From Camelus dromedarius (Eukaryota), in contig NC_087437.1 in assembly GCF_036321535.1 (NCBI RefSeq), positions 94,366,001 to 94,430,000 on the forward strand: 64,000 bases of DNA, in the 5' to 3' direction. This document shows positions 40,101-51,385 of this stretch, in pieces. The notes beneath the pieces were generated by a model. The model searched no databases. It worked only from the letters and a program-made list of their open reading frames with translations, and was not told the origin of the DNA. A program made the position numbers and the translations under genes. Each line of letters opens with the position of its first letter. The first letter of the stretch is position 1.

Positions 40101-40699
40101 GCCAATTATTGTTCCCTCATTTTTAAATAAAAAAAATATAATTTTTTGAATTTTGTTTCAGCAGTCATAATTTCTAACTCTCCTAAATGTCCTTTTCACA
40201 CTCAAACCATTCTTTAGATTTTCCCCAGACTGACCTTCCATAAACAGTAACTTTCCAAGGATGGCATAGCCATAATTTCTTTAGTCAGAAAGCTCCACCT
40301 GTAACCCCCACCCCAACTGTATCATCCTCTTTTGAGGTCAGAGAAGAGGGATGAAACAGAACCTTTAACATTCGCTTTAAAGCATGGACAAATATGACCA
40401 AGCAGTCTGAGAATAATCCATCATGTCATTTTGGGCTCAAAATTGTATACCTCCACCTTCACATTTCTGAACACCTGGCTTCTCTGATCTGGAAGAGTCT
40501 CCCCTTCTCTTGGCCAATCCCAATCCACTAGTCTGGGGAGGTTCACGTTATGCCTCCACCATGAAATTTCTGTTTATTCTAACACTCATAGTTTTTACAC
40601 ATCTCAGAAATTTCCAACCAGTTATAATGTCTGCCATCTTATTTGAGTTTTATTTAAATCATATATTTTATATAAATTATCTGTCAATTATAATTATCT

Positions 40700-41500
40700 A
40701 CTTCAATAATGGTATCCAAATTTTATATCTTTAGTCCATATATTGCTCCTGATTATCACATTTCTATTGCCAAGGGACTACTTGGCATCTCCACATAGAG
40801 ATGGATGACAAATATTTTAAAGGAAAGTATAGTAAAAGAAACCATTTGAAGCCACATGCATTATCCTTCCTGCCAAACTTGCTCTTTTACTTGGATTTCC
40901 AAGTCATAAATAGCACATTATGCATCCAGACAAATTCATCTTTGATGTATCCTTCTGCCTCATCCATTACATTCAAGCAATGAAAAAAAAAAAAGGAATT
41001 AAGATTTTATTTTATTTCATTGAATCTAGCCTCATCTTCCTACAGACAGACTCACCCTAATTCCCACCCATGTTTCTTAGGATCAGCCTTCTAAGCTATC
41101 ACTTCACCTCCGTTCTTGCTCCACTTGAATTCGTGTGCATTATGTCTGCAGAATCATCTGACTAGAGCCCAAATGATGAAGTCCAAACTCCTTGTCATAT
41201 TACTCAAGGTCCTCTCTCATCTGGACCCAGAATTCCTCTCTTCAGTCTTCAGCTTTATCAATTAATGAGAAAATCAATTTATATTTTCTCAAACACTCAG
41301 GCTATTTCATTACTCTCTGTTTTTGTTTATGTTAGAACTTCTGCCCAGAATGGTTTTCACTTTCTTGATCCTTGGGTTATTTTTGAAAATACAAAATAGT
41401 TGTTGCCTCTTCTGTGAAGACTTCCATACTAGGCAAATAGATTTAAATATGTCTCTTTCTTATCCTTTCTTAATAATGTCTCCAAAATTCCATCGCATTC
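40700..41500 (+). mobile_element. Decayed L2 LINE
   Basis: 'tccaaattttatatctttagtcca', 'ctacttggcatctccacat', 'aagtccaaactccttg'. Confidence 0.6.
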
Positions 41501-41538
41501 ATTTATTCGTTTCCACCCTGAGACTGAATTCCTTGAAG

Positions 41539-41730
41539 CAGTATTTCTCAAATTTTGGCCATTGAACCAAGGAAACCTCCAAATCAACAAAAGTAACACT
41601 TCAGATGCCACTCCCTAAACTCCCTTCCCCCACCAGATTTAGTGCATTGCAGGGTGGGAGTAAGATTCTGGAATCTGTATGTCAGCAAGCATTCCAGGTG
41701 TAAACAGGCACTTGGAGTTTACCACGATGG
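41539..41730. mobile_element. MER5-like hAT-Charlie MITE
   Basis: Starts 'cagtatttctcaaa' with internal 'ctggaatctgtatg...caagcattccaggtg'. Confidence 0.6.
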
Positions 41731-42029
41731 TTATTCCTCAGCTCAGCCAGGTCAATTCAATGTGGAGGCTGACTGGCAGTTGAGGGAGGAGCCATGAGCA
41801 CAACATTTTAGATCTTACTGAGAGCTGTGAGGATGGCCTCTTGGATTACTGCGCTTTAAAGTAAGAGCTGATCACAGAGTATAGCCAAGTTAAATCATGC
41901 GATTCATTCTTACTGAAATAAAAGAGGCCTGAATAGGAAAGGCACACTTGTCAAGAGCAGAATTTCGATAATCATGTTCCTAAGATGGCCTTTAGAGTCT
42001 AAGTGCTGCTGTGTGGAGTAGCTGGGGCT

Positions 42030-42300
42030 TTTAATGATTCTGACTTTTTATTATTACGACATGTTTATTGGGCAAAGACAGAGAAAATAGTGAAACAAAT
42101 GTCTGAAAACAACCACCCAGATTAAGTAAGTACATATTAAGCATAGAATTGAAGCTCTCCATGTACTTTTTCAGATTGCATCTCCCTCTAGGAGGTAACC
42201 AGTGTTGTAAATTTTCTATTATGATTCCCATGCATTTCCTGTTGATTTTACCATGTTTATGTACACTCTTCAATCATATATAGTGTTGTATTAAATAACT
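42030..42300 (-). mobile_element. Ancient L1ME-like 3'UTR end
   Basis: 'ctaggaggtaaccagtgttgtaaatttt...attcccatgcatttcc...ttttacca'. Same class as 21220-21500. Confidence 0.65.
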
Positions 42301-42319
42301 GAAATATTTATCTAAATTT

Positions 42320-43159
42320 TAACCTTTTCCCTGGTAACCACAATATTGTTTACTATGTCTGCGAGTCTGTTTCTATTTTGTAGATAATTTCATTAGTGTC
42401 TTCTTTTTTTCTTTTTTTTAGATTTCACGAATGAGTGATATATGATATTTAGCTTTATTTTTCTGGCTTACTTCACTTAGAATGACGATCTCTAGGTCCA
42501 TTCATGTTGCTGCAAATGGCATTATTTTATTCTTTTTTATGGCTGAGTAGTATTCCATTGTATAAATATACCACAATTGCTTTATCCAGTCATCTGTTGA
42601 TGGACATTTAGGTTGTTTCCACGTCTTGGCTACTGTGTATGGTGCTGCTACGATACATAGTGCTGCTACAATACATAATGCTGCTATGAACGTTGGGGTA
42701 CATGTATCTTTTTGAATTAGAGTTCCCTCTGGGTATATGCCCAAGAGTGGGATTGTTGGATCATAGGGTAAGTTTATTTTTAGTCTTTTGGGGAATCTCC
42801 ATACTGTTTTCCATAATGGCTGCACCAAACTTCATTGCCACCAACAGTGTAGGAGGGTCCCCTTTTCTCCACACCCTCTCCAGCATTTATCATTTGTGGA
42901 CATTTTAATGATGGCCATTCTGACTGGTGTGAGGTGATATCTCATTGTAGTTTCGATTTGCCTTTCTCTGATAATTAGTGATATTAAGCATTTTTTCATG
43001 TGCCTATTGGCCATTTGTATGTCTTCACTGGAGAATTGCTTGTTTAGGTCTTCTGCCCATTTTTGGACTGGGTTGTTTGTTTTTTCTTGTTAAGTATGAG
43101 CTGTTTATATATTCTGGAAATTAAACCTTTGTTAGCCTCATCATTTGCAAATATTTTCT
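42320..43159 (-). mobile_element. Young L1 segment (ORF2 C-terminus and partial 3'UTR) lacking poly(A)
   Basis: ORFs 42832-43014 and 42502-42828 are ORF2 ([32 protein letters not shown]). Closely similar to 44350-45140. Confidence 0.95.
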
Positions 43160-43165
43160 AATTCA

Positions 43166-43410
43166 TTTTTGCAAATATTTGCAAATATTTTTCCTTAGGC
43201 TATATCTTATCTTTTTCTTTTTAAAATATGTGTCTTTTATTAAAAAAAACTGCTGTGTTTCAAATTTTTCATTATAGCTTCTCCTTCTTACATCTTGTTT
43301 TGGAAATCATTCCCTATGGTGAAGTCATAAGATATTCTCATGTTTTGTCATAAAAGTTCTTAAATTTTGCTTTTTACATTCAGGTCTTTGATCTGCCTGG
43401 AATTGATTTT
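43166..43410 (-). mobile_element. Ancient L1 ORF2 fragment
   Basis: 'ggaaatcattcccta...gtcataagatattctc...gctttttacattcaggtctttgatctgcctggaattgatttt'. Confidence 0.75.
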
Positions 43411-44118
43411 AGTTTTCATATGCTAAGAAATATGACTATCATATATAAATGTTCCATATGTGGTTTAATTGCTTTTTGCCTATAAGACTACTTGGCATCT
43501 GTCCTCATTTGAGATGCATTTTTCTGGTAATTTCTGCCAGGTTGGTATGTGGACCATCATCTTAGTGAATCATCACAGTGTTAATGAACCAGAATGAAAA
43601 GCATTAATTAAGATTTCAACCAAAATAGGTTTACATTCATCCAGAGTTATAGGCCAATGCCTTTTATGACAAAATGTATAATCTCTTCAAATGGTATGGG
43701 AATTGTTCATGTCTAATGAGCCTTTAGCTATGCCTATAATCATTTACTTTAGTTTTAGTTCTTTATGGAGAATATTAATGAATATCCCAAAGACACATTT
43801 TCCTTATCTGTAGACTCTAGCAAAGGCAAACTTTAGAAATGAACTTACAAATATCAAAGGAAGAAACATGACTCACTGTAGGAGTTTATTCTGCAATGAA
43901 CAACAAGACACCAAACAAACACGGTTTGTGCCAATCAAGTCTTGGATTATTTGAGCATTGGGTAGTGATTTAAGAGAGTTTAAGAATGGCCTGCCTTAGC
44001 CAATAAGAGAATCTTGTATTTATAAGCTTCCCTGCAAACAGGTTAAAATTATAATGAAAAAAGACCTGTACAACAAATACAAATTACACCCAGGCTATTA
44101 TTAATTTCAATTCCTTTT

Positions 44119-45451
44119 TTTAAAAATTTTATTTTATTGAGCTATAGTCAGTTTACAATGTTGTGTCAATTTCCAGTGTAGAACACAATTTTCTAGTTAT
44201 ACATGAACATACGTATATTCATTGTTGCAAGCTTTTTCACCATGAGCTACCACAAGATCTTGTTTATCTTGTAGAATCTTGTTTATCTATTCTATATATA
44301 CCTGTCAGTATTGACAAATTTCAGACTCCCAATCTGTCCCTTCCCACCCCCTTCCCCACTGACAACCACAAGTTTTATTTATGTCCATGAGTCTTTTTCT
44401 TTTCTTTCTTTCTTTCTTTCTTTTTTTGTTTTTAGATTCCACATATGAGTAATCTCATATGGTATTTTTATTTTCCTTTCTGGCTTACTTCACTTAGAAT
44501 GACATTCTCCAGGGACATCCATGTTGCTGCAAATGGCGTTATGTTGTCATTTTTTATGGCTGAATAGCATTCCATTGTATAAATATACCACCTCTTCTTT
44601 ATCCAGTCATCTGTCAATGGACATTTAGGCTGTTTCCATGTCTTGGCTATTGTAAATAGTGCTGCTATGAACATTGGGGTGCAGGTGTCTTTTTGAAGTA
44701 GGGTTCTTTCTGGATATATGCCCAGGAGTGGGATTACTGGGTCATATGGTAAGTCTATTATTAGTCTTTTGAGGAATCTCCAGACTGTTTTCCACAGTGG
44801 CTGCACCAAACTACATTCCCACCAGCAGTATAGGATGGTTCCCTTTTCTCCATAGCCTCTCCAGCATTTGTCATTTGTGAACTTTTGAATGATGGCCATT
44901 CTGACTGGTGTGAGGTGATACCTCATCATAGTTTTGATTTGCATTTCTCTGATAATTAGTAATATTGAGCATTTTTTCATGGGCCTATTGGCCATTTGTA
45001 TGTCTTCATTGAAGAATTGCTGTTTAGGTCTTCTGCCCATTTTTGGATTGGGTTGTTTGTTTTTTTCTTATTAAGTTGTGTGAGCTGCTTGTATATTCTG
45101 GAGATCAAGCTTTTGTCAGTTTCATCTTTTGCAAAAATTTTCTCCCATTCTGTAGGTTGTCGTTTTGTTTTGTTTATGGTTTCCTTTGCTGTGCAGAAGC
45201 TTGTAAGTTTCATTCGGTCCCATTTGTTTATTCTTGCTTTTATTTCTATTCCTTGGGTGTTCTGCCCTAGGAGAACATTTTTTGAGGTGTATGTGAGGTA
45301 ATGTTTTGCCTATGTTTTCTTCTAGGAGGTTTATTGTATCTTGTCTTATGTTTAAGTCTTTGATCCATTTTGAGTTTATTTTTGTGTATGGTGTAAGGGA
45401 GTGTTCTACCTTCATAGATTTACATGCTGCTGTCCAGTTTTTCCAACACCA
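44119..45451 (-). mobile_element. Young 5'-truncated LINE-1 (about 1.33 kb) with 13-bp TSD
   Basis: ORFs 45122-45415, 44977-45213 and 44468-45040 are frameshifted ORF2. TSD ttcaattcctttt at 44106-44118 and 45452-45464. The target reads TT|AAAA on the minus strand, the L1 endonuclease consensus. Confidence 0.98.
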
Positions 45452-45969
45452 TTCAATTCCTTTTAATTAATGTTCCTTATCACAACTCCAATCATGGAAA
45501 GGTACTATTTTAGGAAATGAACAAACTCATGATGTATGCTTACTTATTCATCCTCTTTGTCTAAATTATTCAGTTTATTGCCCTTCACACTCAGACTCAG
45601 AATACTCTTAACTTCTTTCCATTTTTCTCACTTCTCTTAGGTGTTGTGTCACTATCCCTCAACACACTATGTTGTTTCCAACTCATTGCTTTTGCCTTTT
45701 AGTTGACTTAAAACATCTTGCTTCTTTTCTACCCATGAGGTTATCATCATCCTTTAAGATATAACTTAATTGTTATCTCCCTTTTTGAAGCATTACTCTA
45801 ATTTTCCTCCAGGAAGTTCATCTCTCTTTCATTTGTGTTTCAGTAAGTCCTAGCACTCCCCTGTACTACCTTTTATTACAAGCAATATTTATGTGTTGGT
45901 TTTAATGACCAGACTTTGACCAACCAAGAGAAAGATAATGAACAATTTCTCAGTGTATCCATCTAAACC

Positions 45970-46198
45970 TACTGTGTCTAATATGCTAAGCACTAGCTGT
46001 TGGTACCTCCTGAGCACTTAAATGTGACAGAGGAACTGAACATTTAATTATATTAATTAAAGTTTAATTATTTAAAGTTTCAATTGAAACAGTCACATGT
46101 ACATATTCAATGGCCACATATGGCTTGTGGCTAATGTATCACATAGGGCCACTATAGAATACTTCCATCATCGCAGAAACATTTATTGTACAGTGTTG
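45970..46198. mobile_element. MER3/MER33-like hAT-Charlie MITE remnants
   Basis: 'gagcacttaaatgtg...gaggaactgaa' (MER3-like), then 'ggccacatatggcttgtggcta...tagaatacttccatcatcgcagaaa' (MER33-like). Confidence 0.75.
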
Positions 46199-46674
46199 AG
46201 AAAAGTAAACTCATTGTAAAATTTGGAACAAATGAATGAAGGAATAAATGAATTCTACAGGATATGCTAGTAAGGTTTGATTTTCAGTGGACCATTGAAA
46301 ATGGATTTTGGTGCCATTGTGTTGGATTATACTTATGATTATATTGGTGAGGATAATTTTGCAGCTTTATAGGTTTTAGCCTTTCCTGGAAAGAAACAGA
46401 TAATCTCAACTTGACCAAGATGATAATGACAGTATGAAACATTAAAGAAACCAAAAGGAGTATTAAAATTTGTCTTTTGTGAATTCTTTAACTGTCCACC
46501 CAAAACCTGCTCGCCTGAGTTGACAGTATAACAAACGTCACCTTTTAAAACAAAGGCATATGAGAAATAGGATTGAGTCAGAGGTAACAATTTCATTCCT
46601 TAAGATTTAGATTTCTTCATATCAGGAGGTAAATGCACCCACTTTTCCTCAAATATCAAATTTAATTTTATATT

Positions 46675-47415
46675 AATACCTGTTAGGATGGCAATTATAA
46701 AAAAAAAAGAGAAAGAAATAAAAGAGAAAAGGTCAAGTGTTGGCAAGGATATGGAAAAACTGGAACCATTGTGCATCAATGGTGAAAATGTGAAATGATG
46801 CAGCCACTAGAAAATAGTATGATGGTTCCTCAAAAAGCTAATTAGAATTATTGTATGACCCAGCAATTCCACTTCGAGGCATATGCTCAGAAGAATTGAA
46901 AGCAGAGACTGGAATAGGTCATTTTTACTCCCAGTCCATAGCAACATTATTCACAATTCTCAAAAGATAAGAACAACCCAAATATCCCTCAACAGATACA
47001 GGGATAAACAAAATGTGACATATACCTATAAATGAATATTATTCAGCCTTAACAAGGAATGAAATTCTGGTACATAGTGCAATATGGAAGAAGCTTGAAA
47101 ACATTATCTTAATTGACATAAGTTAGATGCAAAAAAAAGACAAATACTGTACAATCCCACTTATATGAGGAATAGAATAGTCAAATTCTCATAGAGACAG
47201 CAAGTAGGATGGTGGTGATCAGGGGTGGGATAGGAAGTAATGGAAGTTATTGTTTGATGAGTATAGACCTTCAGTTTAAGATGATGAGAAAGTTCTGGAA
47301 GTGGATAGTAATGGTGATTGCACAACAATGTAAATGTATTTAATGCCACTGAGTTGTATACTTTAAAAGGTTAAAATGGCAAGTTTTATGTTATATCTAT
47401 TTTACCATATTACAA
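46675..47415 (+). mobile_element. L1MB-like ORF2 end and 3'UTR
   Basis: 'caagtgttggcaaggat', 'tatgacccagcaattccact', 'gatgagaaagttctgga...gtaaatgtatttaatgccactga'. Confidence 0.9.
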
Positions 47416-48771
47416 AATTACTTTGACAGATACTTATTAAGGTCATTTTTGGTTGGGCACACTAATCCCTTAGAAAAATATTTACCTCCCAATGTGGCCT
47501 CTCAGTGCCCTTTAAAATGTTAATTTTAAACACAACCCCATGGAAGTCTCTCTGTCTATTAATATAAAGAGAAAGGCAATAAGCCAAAAGACATTTTATG
47601 GAAAATGAATATATGTACAGTGCATCTGGTCTGTGGGATGTACTGTACTAAACAAGAACATTTGATAGAGGGATAAAAAAAAAACCCTTATCTATGAGCA
47701 TTGTGCTTCTGAATATGACAGTTGATGAGGTATGATGGAGGTTTTAGGATAAAATAACTGCATAACTGGATACAGTGAAGTAGATGTGAAGCCCCAGGAG
47801 GACTTTGTGTTGGGGCTGATACAAAGTGGCCAGTAAGGCAGTGCCTTAGCCACCTGAACGTGCAAACTGCTAGATCAAAGACTAAATGATCCAATGGGAT
47901 TACTCCAGTGACACAAATGTATGCAGATATTGTGAATTGCAGATTATGGAGCATCTGCTTCTTTGCTGACTCCTTGGGGGGCAGGATGTGTACAAGGAAG
48001 GATCTTACCGTTGTGATTGTGAGAACACGGATTGCTCTTGGTCCTGGAAAAAAAGCAACAGTACTATCCTCCCTCTTTTAGTTTTTTTTTTTCTTTCCTT
48101 AGTATAATGATTCACCTTCTGATATAATATTGCTTTAATTCACCCTCCTATTCTATTACCATTAAATTTTCTAGGTAGGTTTATCCTGGCATCTTATGGA
48201 TAACTCTTCTTCATGGATGATGATCTATCATACTTAAAAAGCATCCTGAAATTTACTGCCTTTTGTGCACTGCACAGAGATAAGGCGATCTGTGTACCAT
48301 GCAAATGGTATGAGCTGTGTAAACTGTTTTTCCATGAAGGTAATACGTTGGGCTGAGTCGATCATGCTCGTTTGCCTGATGCTGTTGATAGCAGGTGTTT
48401 TTCCACTGAGTTGAATTCAAATTAATAAGTACAGGAGTATAGAAAGAAGATTCTGATTTTGTTTATTAGCATAATAATCTAACTAGACAAAATAAACAAT
48501 CACTTTCATTCTGAGCATTGTGAGATAATTTGAGGGTATATGAAAAACTACTTTTAAAGTGGTATCCTAGAATAAGAGCTTGTTGGGGGGGGTAAGGGAA
48601 AATATCAGAAAATAATTTGCTTATTTGTACTTTTTATCTAGATCCGTAGCTATAGCTAATATCCTAGTGAACATATTCTTTATTTTGCCTTAGATACAGC
48701 TGCCAGAGCAGCAGAAAAATGTTTCTGTTGCAAAACTGTATTGCCTTGCCTTCTGCAGTCCAGGCATTTTA

Positions 48772-49010
48772 TTCTTTATTGAGAAATAATTAGCATATAA
48801 CATTGAATAAGTTTAAAGTGATAGAATATTGACTTGATACACTTACACAGAGCAAAATGATTACCATCATAGCATTAGTTAACACCTTTACCATGTCACA
48901 TAATTACCATTTCTTCTTTGTGGTGAGAACATTTAAGTTTCACTCTCTTAGCAAGTTTCAAATACGTAGCATCGTATTAAGTATAAACACCATGTTGTAC
49001 ATGAGATCCA
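48772..49010 (-). mobile_element. L1MA-like 3' terminal fragment
   Basis: 'tgtggtgagaacatttaag...ctctcttagcaagtttcaaatac...caccatgttgtacatgagatc'. Confidence 0.85.
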
Positions 49011-49629
49011 CACGAGAGACTTTCTTTCATCTTTCTTTCTTTCACTTTCATTCTTTCTCCATCAAGTTTATCCTCTTTTTCTGAAAGGAGGAAGAATTTA
49101 AAAGAGAGAACATAAATAAGACAGGAAACTATCTACTGTGTTGCTCCTTCCTTCACAGCATCTTCTCGCTGGTCCTTGTTTGACTTTTACATTCTTGTCT
49201 CCCATTACTTAGTCCCTCAGAAGAAGCATGAACTAGTCATAGTTCACTTCACCAAACATGTATTAAGTGCCCATCTCTGTGGGACAGGATGCTAGACACT
49301 GAACGGCACAGCAGAGAATGAAAGTGATCTCCACCTTCAGCAAGTTCAATTTCCAGCAGAGAGTAGCTCCAGCCCCACAGCATCAGCGGGTTCTCCCTGT
49401 CTTCAGTTATGTGTAACACCTGCTCACACACTCCTGTCTCAGAAAAAAAAAAAAAAAATCACTGTTTCTTCTCTTCTACAAAAGCCATTCTCCTTGGGGC
49501 CAAAGCTCATTGATTTTCCTGTTTCGTATATTTTCAGACTTTTCAGTAACTGGCTACTTTACTTAGTTTATAATCATTTACACTCTAGGAAAACAAAAAA
49601 GTCCTTCAAAGTTTTCATAATTCTTTCTC

Positions 49630-50060
49630 AAGTTATTCTCTTGTATCCTCTGCCCTCCCCTTGAAAATTAAACTCCTTGAAATAGGCCCCTCCCCTTGCC
49701 TTTCCTGGTCTATCTCTAATTCTTCACCCCTCAACTAATGGTAGATTTGTACAGCCCTAATCTGATCACACTTAGACTCCATGGATTTAAAATTTGCCAA
49801 ATCAATGGCCAAGCTTCAGACTTCATCCTACTTCAAATATCTCTGACATTTGAAATTTATCTAATAAATGCCAAGACACCATGTATTCTACATCTCCTCC
49901 ATACATCTGACCTTTCTGCCTCTTCCTTTGCTGCCTCCTCCTCCTCTATGTCTCTTAAATGTTGCATATTCCCCAGATTCTGCCCGTGGAGCTGTTCCCT
50001 TCATAATCTGCATATTCTCGCTCTGTGATCTCCTTCACTCTTATGGCTTCAATCATTATA
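49630..50060 (+). mobile_element. L2 LINE fragment
   Basis: 'ttgccaaatcaatggcca...catcctactt...tctctgacatttga' and 'ttatggcttcaatcatta'. Appears to resume at about 50570. Confidence 0.65.
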
Positions 50061-50089
50061 TACTGGAAAATAAGATGATGTGATATTAA

Positions 50090-50340
50090 TAACAATAATT
50101 GATGACACTTACAGATGATGGTACTTATAGATGATAACACTTATGGATGCTCGTTCAGCATTGTGAGAAGCGACTTTATATTTTTTCGGTGCATAACCCT
50201 ACAATTCAGCGAGTACACAGTATCACCACTGTCTTGCAGATAAAGAATATGTAGCTTTCATGTGCGAAGTTTCATGCATAACTAGCAGAGTGTCAATTTA
50301 AATATTCCTGTTTGACTTCAGAATCCAGGTTCTTAGCATT
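50090..50340 (-). mobile_element. MIR SINE
   Basis: 'ttgcagataaagaa' core and 'ctgtttgacttcagaatccaggttctta'. Confidence 0.6.
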
Positions 50341-50372
50341 AAAAGACCCCATGCAAATGTGTCCCTTCCTGG

Positions 50373-50549
50373 CAGAGGTTCTCAACTTGGCTGCACATTA
50401 GAATCACTTGGGGAGTTTTTTTTTTAATCCCTGTAGCCAGCCTGCACCCCAAATCACTTAAATCAGAATCCCTGGGGATATGCAACAAGCATCGATTTTT
50501 AAAAAACGATTTGGGTGTTTCTAATGGGCAGAAGATATGAGAACCACTG
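50373..50549. mobile_element. MER5A/B-like hAT-Charlie MITE
   Basis: Terminal inverted repeats cagaggttctca...tgagaaccactg. Internal 'tgcacattagaatcacttggggag' and 'aaatcagaatc'. Confidence 0.9.
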
Positions 50550-50569
50550 CTCTATAGTAAGTATTTTGC

Positions 50570-51385
50570 TGATACGCAAGCCTATTTCTCGGGCACAGAA
50601 CTCTCTCCCCAGCTTTAAACTTCTGTTGTCCAGGATTTACTGCATCTCTTCATTTGTATGTCCTCACTCCCACTCCACCGCAGGATTTCTCCTGTTCCAA
50701 AACGAATTCCTTCATCGCCACCCAAGTAGCTGCCTTCTAGTCTGTATATATGCCTTAATTGTCCCCGCCTCTTCCTGCCCTAGGTCATATAAGTAACATC
50801 TGTGGAACAGTCTCTCAAATACTCAAAGTCTCTTACATTGGGAATCTCTAATTCTTTTAAATTGTATCTCAGAAATATTTTTCCAATTTTCTTTCCCTCT
50901 CCTCTTCATCACCTCTGTAGGTAAATTTACTCAGGCTGTCCTCATCTCCCATGTGGAACTTTGACAGACTCCTGTTTTCCATAATTTTTATTCTCTCCTT
51001 GATGTATTTTCCTTGTTTCATGCTATCAGTGTTGCCTTTCTAATATCCCATCAGTTGTGCCACTCTTGGATTAAAAACTTCCCTCCATTGCTTGCAGAAT
51101 ACAGTCCAAACAACTTAACATCCTTTATGAGATCTTTTACCATCTGCATACACCTGTCTCCCTCACCAAATTTCCTTTCCCTTGACCAAAATACCCTACA
51201 CCCGAAACCCCTTCTATACTCTACTTTCCCTTAAAAAAAAAAAAAGACTCCACAATTATCCGGTGTCTGTCTTCCCTACCAGATTGTCAGTGCCAGGAGG
51301 AAAGAATGGGCATCTGTATCTTCTCCATTGCCAGCTGAGTGCTTTTCAAAAAGGAGTTATTCAAAAGAGATATGTGTTGAATGTA
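50570..51385 (+). mobile_element. L2 LINE 3' portion
   Basis: 'ctgtcttccctaccagattg...ggcatctgtatc' and tail 'atgtgttgaatg'. Confidence 0.6.

Noticed and set aside
44468..45040. Longest ORF (190 aa) as a host gene
   Set aside because: It is the C-terminus of L1 ORF2 in a truncated, frameshifted copy. The same applies to the ORFs at 4723-5701, 27266-27550 and 42502-43014 and their antisense shadows.
48103..48174. Candidate 72-bp exon (polypyrimidine-AG ... TAG|GTAGGT)
   Set aside because: It has stops in all three frames and is very AT-rich. Such pseudo-exons are common, so it cannot be supported without transcripts.
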